64,000 bases of DNA, from contig CAXXUK010000001.1 of the NCBI GenBank assembly GCA_963665125.2, forward strand, positions 1,536,001 through 1,600,000. The letters run 5' to 3'. Below are positions 20,151 through 30,127 of this stretch, piece by piece. Position numbers and translations under genes: made by a program. The stretch's first letter is position 1. Every line of letters begins with the position of its first letter. Source of the stretch: an uncultured Desulfarculus sp. GTDB lineage: Bacteria; Desulfobacterota; Desulfarculia; Desulfarculales; Desulfarculaceae. The notes under the pieces are model-generated. The model was not told the origin of the DNA, made no database searches, and saw only the letters and a program-made list of their open reading frames with translations.

Positions 20151-21299
20151 ATGGGTAAAAAAGTTTTAAAAACCAGACTTTGTGAAGTGCTGGGCATCGA
20201 ATATCCCATCCTCAGCGCTGGAATGGGCCCCACTCTGATGGGTGAAACCACCGGAGCGCCGGTGGAACTGGTCGTGGCAGTAAGCGAGGCCGGCGGCATG
20301 GGCGTATTGGGCGGCAGCGGCTTTACCGTCGACGAACTGCGCGACGCCATCCGCGAGATCAAAAAGCTCACTGACAAGCCCTTTGGCGTGGACCTGCTCC
20401 TGCCTAAAAACATCGACTTCAGCGCGCGTAAGGAAGGCTCGACCGAGATGCCCCTGCGCGATATCGTTGCCATGCTGCCCAAGGAATACCAGGAGTGGAT
20501 GAAAAAAATCAAAACCGAGATGAGCCTACCCGACGATGACGTCATCGTGCGCACCAACACCACGACCATGCGCCCCCAAGAAGCCGTGGCCGCGTGCATG
20601 GAAGAAGGCATCCCCCTGTTTGTCGCCGGTCTGGGCAACCCCGGTTTTATGGTCCCCGAGGCCCACTCCAAGGGAATCAAGGTGGCTGGCATCACCGGCA
20701 ACTCCAAAAATGCCAAGCGTATAGCTGAATCGGGCGTGGACTTCCTGATAGCCCAAGGCTACGAGGGCGGCGGCCACACCGGCCGTATCGGCACCATGGC
20801 CCTGCTTCCGGCGGCCATGGACGCAGCCGCTCCGGTGCCCCTGGTGGGCGCGGGCGGCATCGGCGACGGCCGCGGACTGGCGGCCTGTCTGGCCATGGGC
20901 TGCGTCGGCGTATGGGTCGGCACCCGCTTCCTGGCCACCAACGAAGGCGGCGCCCTGCCCGTCAACAAGCAGCGCATCATCGACTCCACCGATGAAGACA
21001 CCAGAGTCAGCCGGGCCTACTCCGGCAAGACCCTGCGGGCCAGCTACAACGGCTTCCATGACCTGTGGGACGCCTCCGGCCTGCCGCCGCTACCGTTCCC
21101 GACCCAGGTCATGCTCAGCTCCGCCATGCTCAGCAGCTTCCTCCAGGCCCAGAAGAACGATTACGTGGGCGGCCTGGCCGGTCAGATTTCGGGCATCATT
21201 CACGAAATCAAACCCGCAGCCAAGGTTTTGGAGGAAATGGTCGAAGAGGCAGTGGAGATCCTCAGCGAGAGCCTGCCCAAAAATGTAACATGGAAGTAA
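20151..21299 (+). CDS. Nitronate monooxygenase / FabK-like flavoenzyme
   Basis: LGIEYPI, AQGYEGGGHTG, AGGIGDGRG, VGTRFLAT. Confidence 0.9.
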   Translation: MGKKVLKTRLCEVLGIEYPILSAGMGPTLMGETTGAPVELVVAVSEAGGMGVLGGSGFTVDELRDAIREIKKLTDKPFGVDLLLPKNIDFSARKEGSTEMPLRDIVAMLPKEYQEWMKKIKTEMSLPDDDVIVRTNTTTMRPQEAVAACMEEGIPLFVAGLGNPGFMVPEAHSKGIKVAGITGNSKNAKRIAESGVDFLIAQGYEGGGHTGRIGTMALLPAAMDAAAPVPLVGAGGIGDGRGLAACLAMGCVGVWVGTRFLATNEGGALPVNKQRIIDSTDEDTRVSRAYSGKTLRASYNGFHDLWDASGLPPLPFPTQVMLSSAMLSSFLQAQKNDYVGGLAGQISGIIHEIKPAAKVLEEMVEEAVEILSESLPKNVTWK

Positions 21300-21321
21300 T
21301 TCCAACCAACGACCCCACCCG

Positions 21322-21368
21322 GGGCGTGGACGCCATGTGTCGGCCTTTTGGTTTCGGCGTCCACGCCC
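21322..21368. terminator. Hairpin between convergent genes
   Basis: 13-bp perfect inverted repeat GGGCGTGGACGCC / GGCGTCCACGCCC followed by a T-rich tract. Confidence 0.65.
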
Positions 21369-21385
21369 TTTCTCGTTTTATGGGG

Positions 21386-22285
21386 TTACTGGCCCGCTCC
21401 TGGTTTGAGCACCAGGTCGATGATTTTGTTTGCCGAAATATCCCTCGGCTTGCCGCTGAAATCCATCATCCTGAAAGTCTTTGTGGTCGTGCCGTCGCTG
21501 AAGGTGGCGTTTTTTATACGCACGGTGTAGCCGATGGCCAACCTGTTGCGCGGCACGCTGGGGGCGCTCAAGTTACGGACCATCAGCACCAGGCGTTTGC
21601 GGTCCAGGAACTTGTAATAACCGGCCCATTGGGCGTTGGCCCGTTTGTCTTTGGACGCGCAGCGCTTTGGGTCGTCACTCATCTTCAGGTTGGGAAAATC
21701 GCTGAAAAAACACACGGCGGATCCGTCCGAAATGTCCTTGCCCCAGCCGTTGATGGAAACGACCTTGGGTTCCATATCAATACCTTTGATGTAGATCGGC
21801 TCCCTTTGAACGGGCTCGGTCGGTTCAGGTTCCGGCAGGGGCGCTTGCAGGGCAACCGGCTTTAAATACACCTTTATTGTTTCAGAGGAATCACTTCTTA
21901 TCCAGAAATTGCGTTGGACCGTTTCATAGCCGTTTTTCTTGACCCAAATGTGATATTGGCCGGTCTTGACGTTTGCATAGGCCACGGCCTGGCCCAAGTC
22001 ACGCTGAAAATGGATGTTGCGCATTTCCGTGCTGGTGTTTTCCATCAACTTTTTAGTACCGCTGTGCATCACCGAAACCGTGAAGTCATTGAGAGACAAT
22101 CCGTTTTCGTTGTTAAAGGCATAGACCATGAAATTGGGTTTGTAATAATCCGCCAGCGGTTTATCGACTTCCACCGGTGCGTTGATATCCCACATTATTA
22201 TGGGCGCGGGGGCGACACCGGGCCAAAACACCAACACCGCAGCCAGGCAAATGGTTATCCAAAAAGGCAAACGTTTGATTTCCAT
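21386..22285 (-). CDS. Secreted hypothetical protein with a PEGA-like domain
   Basis: Signal-peptide-like N-terminus; GQYHIWVKKNGYE PEGA-like motif; Pro/Glu linker. Confidence 0.55.
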   Translation of the reverse strand: MEIKRLPFWITICLAAVLVFWPGVAPAPIIMWDINAPVEVDKPLADYYKPNFMVYAFNNENGLSLNDFTVSVMHSGTKKLMENTSTEMRNIHFQRDLGQAVAYANVKTGQYHIWVKKNGYETVQRNFWIRSDSSETIKVYLKPVALQAPLPEPEPTEPVQREPIYIKGIDMEPKVVSINGWGKDISDGSAVCFFSDFPNLKMSDDPKRCASKDKRANAQWAGYYKFLDRKRLVLMVRNLSAPSVPRNRLAIGYTVRIKNATFSDGTTTKTFRMMDFSGKPRDISANKIIDLVLKPGAGQ

Positions 22286-22484
22286 GACATTACACCCGTC
22301 TTGGGTTTTCTTCTCCCCATGGCTGGCAGCCGGGAAAACAGCATTGGCCGACGTTTGTTCATAGCCGCGCCTACACCGTTTCGACCCGTTCCGACATTCA
22401 CCGTATGTTTTTATGTTATCCCCAATTAAAACCAGCGTTCAACTCGGCAGATTAAGGTGCCATTACACCCCTTGGCGCCAAACG

Positions 22485-22516
22485 AAAAAGCCGCGGGCGC
22501 TTTACGCACCCGCGGC
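22485..22516 (-). terminator. Rho-independent terminator of gltA
   Basis: GCCGCGGG/CCCGCGGC stem with an A5 tract on the + strand (U-run on the - strand). Confidence 0.7.
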
Positions 22517-22540
22517 CGGTTATGTGTCGGTACGGCAGGA

Positions 22541-23829
22541 TCAGGAACGATCGTCAATCGGAGTATAGTCCGACAGGGTCTTGCCCGTGTAGATCTGGCG
22601 TGGCCTGTACAACTTCCAATTAGGATCGCTGGCGCCTTCCTTCCACTGGGCGATCCAGCCGGGCAAGCGGCCGATGGCAAACATCACCGTGAACATGTTG
22701 GTGGGGATGCCCATGGCCCGCAGGACGATTCCGCTGTAGAAGTCCACGTTGGGATAGAGGTTGTGGTCGATGAAGTATTGATCTTCCAAAGCGACCTCTT
22801 CCAACTGCTTGGCGATGTCCAGCAGCGGATCGTGGATATTCAGCTTTGCCAGCACGTTGTCGCACATCTGCTTCATGATCTTGGCCCTGGGGTCATATGC
22901 CTTGTACACCCGGTGACCAAAACCCATCAGCCGGAACGGATCGTCCTTGTCCTGGGCCTTTTTGATAAAAGGCGATGCGTCGCCGCCATTGGCCTGGATC
23001 ATTTCCAGCATTTCGATGACGGCCTGGTTGGCGCCTCCGTGCAGCGGACCCCACAAGGCGGCGATACCGGCCGAAATAGCCGCGTAAAGATTGACCCTGG
23101 CGCTGCCCACCAGGCGAACCGCGGCCGTGGAGCAGTTTTGCTCGTGATCGGCATGCAGAATCCAGAACACGTTGAGGGCCCGCAGCAGATCCTCGTCGAG
23201 CTTGTAGGGCTTGACCGGGCTGTCGAACATCATGTTCAGGAAGTTGGCGCAGTAGCTCAAATTGGGCTTGGGATAAACCACCACATGACCCCGGGACATC
23301 TTGTAGGCCATTGCCGCCATGGTCCTCACCTTGGACAGCAGGCGGGTCAGGGTGATGTTGATTTCCTCCTTAGCGGTCTGCCCCTCAAGAGTGGGTAGAA
23401 ACTGCGCAGGGCATTGACCATGGAAGACAAAATGCCCATGGGGTGGGCGTTGCGGGGGAAATTGTTGAAGAACAAATGCATGTCTTCATGCACCAGCGAG
23501 TGCTCGTTCAACAGCTCGGAAAAACGGCTGAGTTCATCACGGGTGGGCAATCTGCCGTTGATCAGCAGATAGGCCGTTTCCACGAAGCTCGCCTGCTCGG
23601 CCAGTTGCTGCACCGGGATGCCCCGGTAGCGCAAAACGCCCTCTTCACCGTTCATGAATGTAATATCCGAGGTGCAGCTGCCGGTGTTTGCAAATCCGGG
23701 GTCCAGAGTGATGTAGCCGGTTTTTTGTCTTAGTTGGCGGATATCAATCGCCTTTTCACCCTCGGATCCCTCGACTACGGGCAACTCTATTGTCTTGTCG
23801 CCAATAATAATCTTCGCAACTTCACTCAT
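22541..23829 (-). pseudogene. gltA: Citrate synthase, split by a 1-nt frameshift near 23393
   Basis: N-part (TLDPGFANTGSC, LRYRGIP, HPMGILS) and C-part (HADHEQNCST, GPLHGGAN, GFGHRVYK, YPNVDFYSG) lie in different frames; adding one base restores FYPTLEGQTAKEEINITLTRLLSKVRTMAA. Confidence 0.85.
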
Positions 23830-24202
23830 AAGCCTACATCCTGACCCATTCCATGATTACAATACTGGCCACAGGCACCGGGTTGACGGTACTGGGCGGG
23901 TGGTTATTGTTAATTTCGGTCCATTTGGCGGGGCGCTGACGTTAATCTCACCGTTTGGGACCTAATAAAAAAGCACAACATCATCGCCATTGCAATGCTT
24001 TTTTACGAATAATTATCATCTCAACAGTTTGATCAGATAAAGCAACTTACACGATTGACCGGGTTGCTACTTTGGCCTCATTTTACTAATCTGTCTAAAA
24101 AGCAATCAGTGATGAAAGAGCCCGCTTTGTTGATCCAATTGGGCCGTCATTACATTTGCTAAGGAGGCGTCACTTGGAAAGCGACGGTGGAACCGGGCAA
24201 CA

Positions 24203-26575
24203 ATGGCATTAAAATATACCAAAAAATCCCCACATTTCCACTCTGAGCCGCAAGGCTTTGAAACCATGGAAGAATCACTCATCGTTGGCGGATGGGGCAA
24301 GTTCGGCCCCAAACGGCGGTTTTTTTTCACGTCCATCATGGCCGCCTATTGGTTGTTGGGTATCTGGCAAATAGCTTCATTGGTTTCATTTACCTGCGCC
24401 CACAAGCAAACTTCCCTGGTTTGGCTGGCCATTGCCGCCCTGCCCGGCTTGGTGTCGCTGTTTTGGCGCCGCGCCGACCTGGGTCTGCGGGCAACTTTGG
24501 GCATGGCGTTCTTCTATTGCATGGCCGTGACCGGCTTTTTACTAAGCCAGTGGTCCGCGCCTTTATGGCTGCTCAGCGCCTCGTTGCTTGCCGCCATGTT
24601 CATCGGCCTGATCGCGGCCGCCACGACACTGGCCATCAACCTGCTTCTGCTCATTGCCGCTGCTTATTATTCGCTGGAAGGGGTGGTCGTTCTGCCAGCG
24701 GGTTCATCACTGGACGTTGTCCAGTGGGCCTGGATCATCACCGGCTTTATGATCTTCTGCTCCGCCGGCACCCTGGGGATCGCCTATTTACTGCGCGGCC
24801 TGCGGACAAGCATGGCCAGCCTCACATCAGTCAGCGAAGTGTTGAAACAGGAGCAGGAGCAGCTACGCCTGGAAAGCATGGCCCACGGCGAAACCGTAGG
24901 GGAATTGAAAAAGAGCGAAGCCAGATTCCGCTTACTGGCTCAAAACGCCGTTGATATCATATGGATGGCCGACCTTGAACTCAATCTGACCTATGTCAGC
25001 CCATCTATCGAAAGAATCTTGCATATGACCCCGGCGGAGGCGCTCAGCCGAGGCCTGAAGATGTATATACCGCCTGAGGAATATGACAAGCTTTCGGCGT
25101 ATCTCGCCGCGGAAAAGGCCAACCAAGCCATGGGCGCCCCCCCGTTTGGCAACGGCGCGTTCGACGTGCGCATATATCGAGACGATGGTGAAATGGTCTG
25201 GCTCAGCACCGGCATGGGCATAATGCGCGACGAAAATGGCAACCCCATGGGCATTCAGGGCGTCAGCCGCGATGTCACCAGACGCAAAAAAGCCGACCAG
25301 GAGATAATGGCCAAATCCGATGAACTCGGCAGGGCCCTTGAAGAACTGAGCACCACACGTAAAATCATCCAGACCAGCCGCAACAAACTCAAAGCCATAT
25401 TCGACGGCCTCAGCGACCCGATCATCTCCGTAACGCCGGAAAGGGAAATAGAATCCATGAACCTGGCCGCGGCGGCCTTTGCCCAGGGGCACCCCCGGGA
25501 TTTGGTGGGCCTCTCGGCCGCGGAGTATTTAAACCGCATCGACCTTCACCCCACGGTGGGCGAAACGGTGCTCGAATCCTTTAAAACAATGCTCGAAAGC
25601 CGGAGCTATCAATGGCGCTTGGTGGAATACCCTTCCAATGAAGGGCCCATGTTTTTCGAAATCAACGTCACCCCGGCCCATAACGACGGCGGCGGCATAG
25701 CTCTGGGTATCATTCACTTTGTCGATGTCACAGAAATCAAACGCCTTGAGATACAGATACGGCGCTACAACGAAGAGCTGGAGGCCATGGTGGCCGAAAG
25801 AACCGCCGAGCTTACCGTGGCCCATCAGGAGCTCAGCGAAGAAAGAGACCGCCTGGCCCAGGTGAACATGGAGCTTCAACGCCTGGATCAGCTGCGCCAC
25901 GATCTGACAAATATGGTGGTTCACGACATGAAAGGCCCCCTGGCCGAACTCATGGGCAATCTGGACCTGCTCTATTATGACCTGGAAAAAATGCAGCGGG
26001 ACGAGACCCTCGACTTGGCCACCATGGGCGCCCGGGACCTCCTGCGCATGATCATGAACCTGCTGGATATCGACCGTCTGGAAGAAGATCGCCTCAAGGC
26101 CCGCAAACAGGCCATCGATTTCGTACCCCTGGCCCAGAGGGTGGTCGACAAGTTCACGACCATGATCAGGCTCAAGGGGCTGGATATCACTATCGACGAT
26201 TCCACGGCCTCCGGGCTGTTCGCCGACCAGGATCTGATGGAGCGCGTGATCCAGAACCTGTTGACCAATGCCTTGCAGTACACGGACAAAGGCGGCATCG
26301 CCATCTCCGCCCACAGTTCTGACGACGCGACCATCATTGTCAGCGTGGCCGATACGGGCAAGGGCATACCTAAAAAGGCCCACGACCTCATTTTCCGCAA
26401 GTTCATGCAGGCCAGCGACAGTGGCGGACCGCGCACGAGCACGGGCCTCGGCCTGACCTTTTGCAAGCTGGCCACCGAGGCCCATGGCGGAAAAATCTGG
26501 TTTGAAAGCACCGAAGGCAAGGGCTCGACGTTTTACGTCAGCCTGCCGATGCAAACAGGTGAGCAGACGGATTGA
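24203..26575 (+). CDS. Membrane PAS-domain sensor histidine kinase
   Basis: N-terminal TM helices, two PAS domains, H-box VVHDMKGPL, NLLTNALQY, DTGKGI, GLGLTFC. Confidence 0.9.
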   Translation: MALKYTKKSPHFHSEPQGFETMEESLIVGGWGKFGPKRRFFFTSIMAAYWLLGIWQIASLVSFTCAHKQTSLVWLAIAALPGLVSLFWRRADLGLRATLGMAFFYCMAVTGFLLSQWSAPLWLLSASLLAAMFIGLIAAATTLAINLLLLIAAAYYSLEGVVVLPAGSSLDVVQWAWIITGFMIFCSAGTLGIAYLLRGLRTSMASLTSVSEVLKQEQEQLRLESMAHGETVGELKKSEARFRLLAQNAVDIIWMADLELNLTYVSPSIERILHMTPAEALSRGLKMYIPPEEYDKLSAYLAAEKANQAMGAPPFGNGAFDVRIYRDDGEMVWLSTGMGIMRDENGNPMGIQGVSRDVTRRKKADQEIMAKSDELGRALEELSTTRKIIQTSRNKLKAIFDGLSDPIISVTPEREIESMNLAAAAFAQGHPRDLVGLSAAEYLNRIDLHPTVGETVLESFKTMLESRSYQWRLVEYPSNEGPMFFEINVTPAHNDGGGIALGIIHFVDVTEIKRLEIQIRRYNEELEAMVAERTAELTVAHQELSEERDRLAQVNMELQRLDQLRHDLTNMVVHDMKGPLAELMGNLDLLYYDLEKMQRDETLDLATMGARDLLRMIMNLLDIDRLEEDRLKARKQAIDFVPLAQRVVDKFTTMIRLKGLDITIDDSTASGLFADQDLMERVIQNLLTNALQYTDKGGIAISAHSSDDATIIVSVADTGKGIPKKAHDLIFRKFMQASDSGGPRTSTGLGLTFCKLATEAHGGKIWFESTEGKGSTFYVSLPMQTGEQTD

Positions 26576-26593
26576 AGCGGCCGGTTCGGCCGG

Positions 26594-27184
26594 TTAGTTG
26601 GCGGGCGTGGCCTGCATCTCCGGAATGGCGCCGCTGAACTTTTTGGCAGCCTCGCCGGTGCCGTATTTGGCCCAGAGCCTCTGCACGTCGCGTTTATCCA
26701 CGTGGACAATACGCCAGACATCAGCCTGGCGCATCATTCCCATGCGCAGACGGTCGCCTCTTTCCGGATCGGCAAACACCACCAAGGCCCTGTCGCCGTT
26801 TTGGTTCACCGTGGCGGCATAGGCCACCACAAACGGCGAAGGCAGTTGGTCGGCGTCCAGGCTTTTCATTATTTGCTTGAACTGTTCCTGAACCAAGCGG
26901 GGATTGCTGGCCACCACCGTACTGAGCACCCCTTGCAGGGCATTGCGAAGATTGTTCTGATTGATGGCCTGATCGCCGGCGGTCTTGCCCATGGTCAGAT
27001 TGGTCTGTTCAGCCATGATCCTGGGCAAATCCACATAGGCCAGGAATGTGGCGGCATCGCCGTCACGCAGTGAGGAGGCTACCTGGTAAAGGGCATAGCG
27101 CGGGCTGTGCAGCAGTGTATAAGTGCCCCAAAATGCCGCCGCCGCCAAAGCCAGGGGCAGAACTATAGTAAAAAACCGTTTCAA
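26594..27184 (-). CDS. Hypothetical membrane-anchored protein (DUF2939-like)
   Basis: N-terminal TM helix then SPRYALY...GDAATFLAYVD; TTG start. Confidence 0.55.
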   Translation of the reverse strand: MKRFFTIVLPLALAAAAFWGTYTLLHSPRYALYQVASSLRDGDAATFLAYVDLPRIMAEQTNLTMGKTAGDQAINQNNLRNALQGVLSTVVASNPRLVQEQFKQIMKSLDADQLPSPFVVAYAATVNQNGDRALVVFADPERGDRLRMGMMRQADVWRIVHVDKRDVQRLWAKYGTGEAAKKFSGAIPEMQATPAN

Positions 27185-27187
27185 GGG

Positions 27188-27415
27188 TCATTCCTCTTTG
27201 ATGGACGAAGCCGTGTCTCCGGCGGGCACCATGCCGTCCTTGTTGAACAGCACCTCTCCCACCACCCGGTCGGCTTCGTCGGCCGTGTCAAGCAGCATTT
27301 CGACGACCTCGATCATCTCGCCGCGCAATTCCTCACCGGCATACTGAAAGGCATCGGCCCATCCTCCGTTGGCCAGCCACTCCTTGAAGTTTTGCAGATC
27401 GCGTAGTTTCAACAT
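27188..27415 (-). CDS. Small acidic hypothetical protein
   Basis: Fills the gap in a - strand gene run; plausible helical sequence. Confidence 0.55.
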   Translation of the reverse strand: MLKLRDLQNFKEWLANGGWADAFQYAGEELRGEMIEVVEMLLDTADEADRVVGEVLFNKDGMVPAGDTASSIKEE

Positions 27416-27446
27416 GTGCCGAGTATAGGCTGCGCCCGGCAATGTG

Positions 27447-28265
27447 TCAATCTTGGCGGTGTTTAACCGTCACCCGCAGGCCCCTGGGATCACTGGACAG
27501 AGCGCTGATCCGCCCGGCCAGGGATCCGCCATTCAGGCTCAATTCAAGACGGCCGTCAGAACTTACGACAGCCACGTACCGGCCCCTTTCCGCCGCGCCA
27601 TAGGTGTGACTTATTTGACCGATAGTAATGGTTTGACCGGGCAGATGCAGCGTGACCTCGCCGGGTTGCCCGGCCAGGAACCCATGCAGCATCTCCGCCG
27701 GAATGTTGCTGGCCAGGTTGCCGAACGAATCCACGCCGATGACCTCGCCGCTGATGACCTCCGCCGTCCGGCGTGCCTTGGGCCAGGCCAGCAACACCGG
27801 ATCGCTGATCATCGGGCCAAGTTCTTCCGGGGCCAAGCCGCAGGCCAGCCGGGCCGCGCAAGGGGCGAAGATATCCCGGCCGTGAAATGTGGCCGAAACG
27901 GGCCGGCGGAAAAAGGCCTGGTTTTCCAGGGCCCAGGCCTCGGCCTTGGCGTCGGCCAACAGCGGCGCGCTCAACAGGCCGTTGTCCGGCCCCACGAAAA
28001 ACATATCCATGGCCCGCACGGCCATGGCCCTGCGTGAGCTACCCACGCCTGGGTCGACCACACACAAATGAACCGTGCCCGGCGGAAAGGCGGTCATGGC
28101 CTGTTCGACGGCAAGGGCACCGGCCCGCACGTCCTGGGGTGCGATGGTGTGGCAGATATCCACCAGGGCGGCCTCGCGGCAGATGCCCAGGACCACGCCC
28201 TTCATGACGCCCACGAAAGGCCCATGGCCAAAGTCCGTGGTCAGGGTTATCACCGGGCGGGTCAT
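27447..28265 (-). CDS. SAM hydroxide adenosyltransferase / chlorinase-fluorinase family (DUF62)
   Basis: ITLTTDFG, VVDPGVGS.RR, GPDNG, TFHGRDIF, DSFGN. Confidence 0.9.
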   Translation of the reverse strand: MTRPVITLTTDFGHGPFVGVMKGVVLGICREAALVDICHTIAPQDVRAGALAVEQAMTAFPPGTVHLCVVDPGVGSSRRAMAVRAMDMFFVGPDNGLLSAPLLADAKAEAWALENQAFFRRPVSATFHGRDIFAPCAARLACGLAPEELGPMISDPVLLAWPKARRTAEVISGEVIGVDSFGNLASNIPAEMLHGFLAGQPGEVTLHLPGQTITIGQISHTYGAAERGRYVAVVSSDGRLELSLNGGSLAGRISALSSDPRGLRVTVKHRQD

Positions 28266-28996
28266 GGGCGCTCCACCAGGGCGGACATGATCTCGGCGGC
28301 CTTGCCCATAAGGCTGATGTCCACCAGGCCGCTGTTGGGCGTGGGGTCCAGGTTCACTTCAATGACAAAGGCCCCTGCCCGTTTGGCCACCGTGGAAAGG
28401 CTGGCCGCCGGCTGCACCACGGCCGAAGTGCCGATGACCAGCATGACCCGGCAGTCCTGGACCGCCCGCCAGGCCTTTTGCAGAACGGCCTGATCCAGGT
28501 TTTCGCCGAACCAGACCACGCCGGGCCGCAGCAGACCGCCGCATTGACCGCATTTTGGCAGCGGCGGCAGGTTAAGAGTGCGGTTCGTCTCCTCGGCGCC
28601 GCAGGCAAGGCAGCGCAGCCGCCAGATGCTGCCGTGCAGTTCCAGGACATTGCGGCTGCCCGCAAGATGATGCAGGCCGTCCACATTCTGGGTGATCAGA
28701 GTGTATTCCGGAATGCCCGCCTCGAGTTGGGCCAGGGCCAGATGGGCGGCGTTGGGCCTGCAATCGGCAATAAGCGATCTGCGCCAGGCATACCAGCGCC
28801 AGACCAGCTCCGGGTCCGCGGCAAAGGCCTGGGGCGTGGCCAACTCCTCGGGCCGGTGGTTTTCCCAGAGGCCGCCCGGTCCCCGGAAAGTCGGCACTCC
28901 GGAATCGGCAGAAACCCCGGCCCCGGTCAGCACGGCGATGCTTCCGGCCTCGGCCAAGGCATCTCGGGCTGTTTTCAAGGCTTGATCCATGGGCAT
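28262..28996 (-). CDS. cobB: NAD-dependent protein deacylase (sirtuin)
   Basis: TGAGVSADSGVPTFRG, TQNVDGLH, ELHGS, two CxxC, RPGVVWFGE, GTSAVV. Confidence 0.9.
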   Translation of the reverse strand: MPMDQALKTARDALAEAGSIAVLTGAGVSADSGVPTFRGPGGLWENHRPEELATPQAFAADPELVWRWYAWRRSLIADCRPNAAHLALAQLEAGIPEYTLITQNVDGLHHLAGSRNVLELHGSIWRLRCLACGAEETNRTLNLPPLPKCGQCGGLLRPGVVWFGENLDQAVLQKAWRAVQDCRVMLVIGTSAVVQPAASLSTVAKRAGAFVIEVNLDPTPNSGLVDISLMGKAAEIMSALVERP

Positions 28997-29118
28997 GGGC
29001 CTGCTCCTGATTAGGCATGACAGGACTATAAAGATAGGCCGGGCCCAACGCAGCTGTCAACGAGGCAAAAGCAAAGGGAGCGCCGAAGCGCCCCCTGCTG
29101 AAATCAAAATTGCCGGTA

Positions 29119-29418
29119 TTAGTCGTCGGAAGCAGGCGAAGAAGAAGCGGTGGTGGAAGGAGTGCTGTCCGAAGAACCGCTGTCCGCTGAGGAACTCGTG
29201 GAATCGTCGCCGTGAGGGCTGGGGCCAGTGGAACTGTTCTTGCCCTTATAATCGGTGACATACCAGCCGTTGCCCTTCAAATGAAAGGCGTTGAGGCTCA
29301 TCAGTTTATGGAGCTTGCCGCCGCAGTTGGGGCAAGTGTCCAAAGGCGCGTCAGAAAATTTCTGAATGGCCTCGGTCACCTCATGGCAGGAATCACATTC
29401 GTATTCATAAATCGGCAT
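29119..29418 (-). CDS. FmdB family zinc-ribbon protein
   Basis: MPIYEYECDSC...CPNCGG...LKGNGWYVTDY with a Ser-rich tail. Confidence 0.9.
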   Translation of the reverse strand: MPIYEYECDSCHEVTEAIQKFSDAPLDTCPNCGGKLHKLMSLNAFHLKGNGWYVTDYKGKNSSTGPSPHGDDSTSSSADSGSSDSTPSTTASSSPASDD

Positions 29419-29975
29419 TGTTCATATTCCCTTGGTTCTGATGCTTGGGCGAAATCCACGACGCCCGCATAGTGGCTTTCGTACAATCTTATAACCCGGT
29501 CGAGTCCGGGTAACTTTATACGCCCCAACGCCTCGGCTGTAAGGGCGTGAACTTTTGTTTCTTCATGGCGCCGCTGGCTCAAGTCCGCTTCAAACAAATG
29601 GAAATGTTTGAAAAAGCGGACAATGTGCACCAGTTCGTGGGCCAGGATGTAGACCAGAAGCGGATGCATCAGTTCGACGCGCTTGTCACGCTGGACCAGC
29701 GCCATCAGGCTGTGGTCCTGCAAACAGATGCGGTAAAAATCCCTGGCCCTGAGCCTGCCCCCGGCCGGAGGGCTGCGCATCTTCAGCACCTGGGCCAGGC
29801 AACAATGGCTTATCTCGCCCGGTTGCAGGTACTTGGCCGTCCGAAGCTCATAGGGGTTTTCAGACCAAAAGCTTTCGGTAATATGGAAGAAGTCGCTCAC
29901 CGACTCTTCGGCAACCACCGCAGCCTGGCTCAGTATGGCCTCTTCATATGGTCCAAACGCCTGAAGCGTCACCAA
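29376..29975 (-). CDS. Hypothetical protein with an HEXXH metalloprotease-like motif
   Basis: YILAHELVHIVRF; start uncertain. Confidence 0.6.
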   Translation of the reverse strand: MVTLQAFGPYEEAILSQAAVVAEESVSDFFHITESFWSENPYELRTAKYLQPGEISHCCLAQVLKMRSPPAGGRLRARDFYRICLQDHSLMALVQRDKRVELMHPLLVYILAHELVHIVRFFKHFHLFEADLSQRRHEETKVHALTAEALGRIKLPGLDRVIRLYESHYAGVVDFAQASEPREYEQCRFMNTNVIPAMR

Positions 29976-30127
29976 AACAGCTCCTTACCCCTAGGCTTTA
30001 CAACGAAATATAATCACCAAGATTACATCTTGCAAGTCCCGGCATTTTTTTTGGAAATATTGCCTTGGTTGACAACACTGCCCCATCGGTTGGACAATAC
30101 TTTTTCAAACCGTCAACGGAGTCATTG

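Noticed and set aside
23347..23400. Programmed ribosomal frameshift in gltA
   Set aside because: No X-XXY-YYZ slippery heptamer or obvious stimulator at the junction; a simple indel is more parsimonious.
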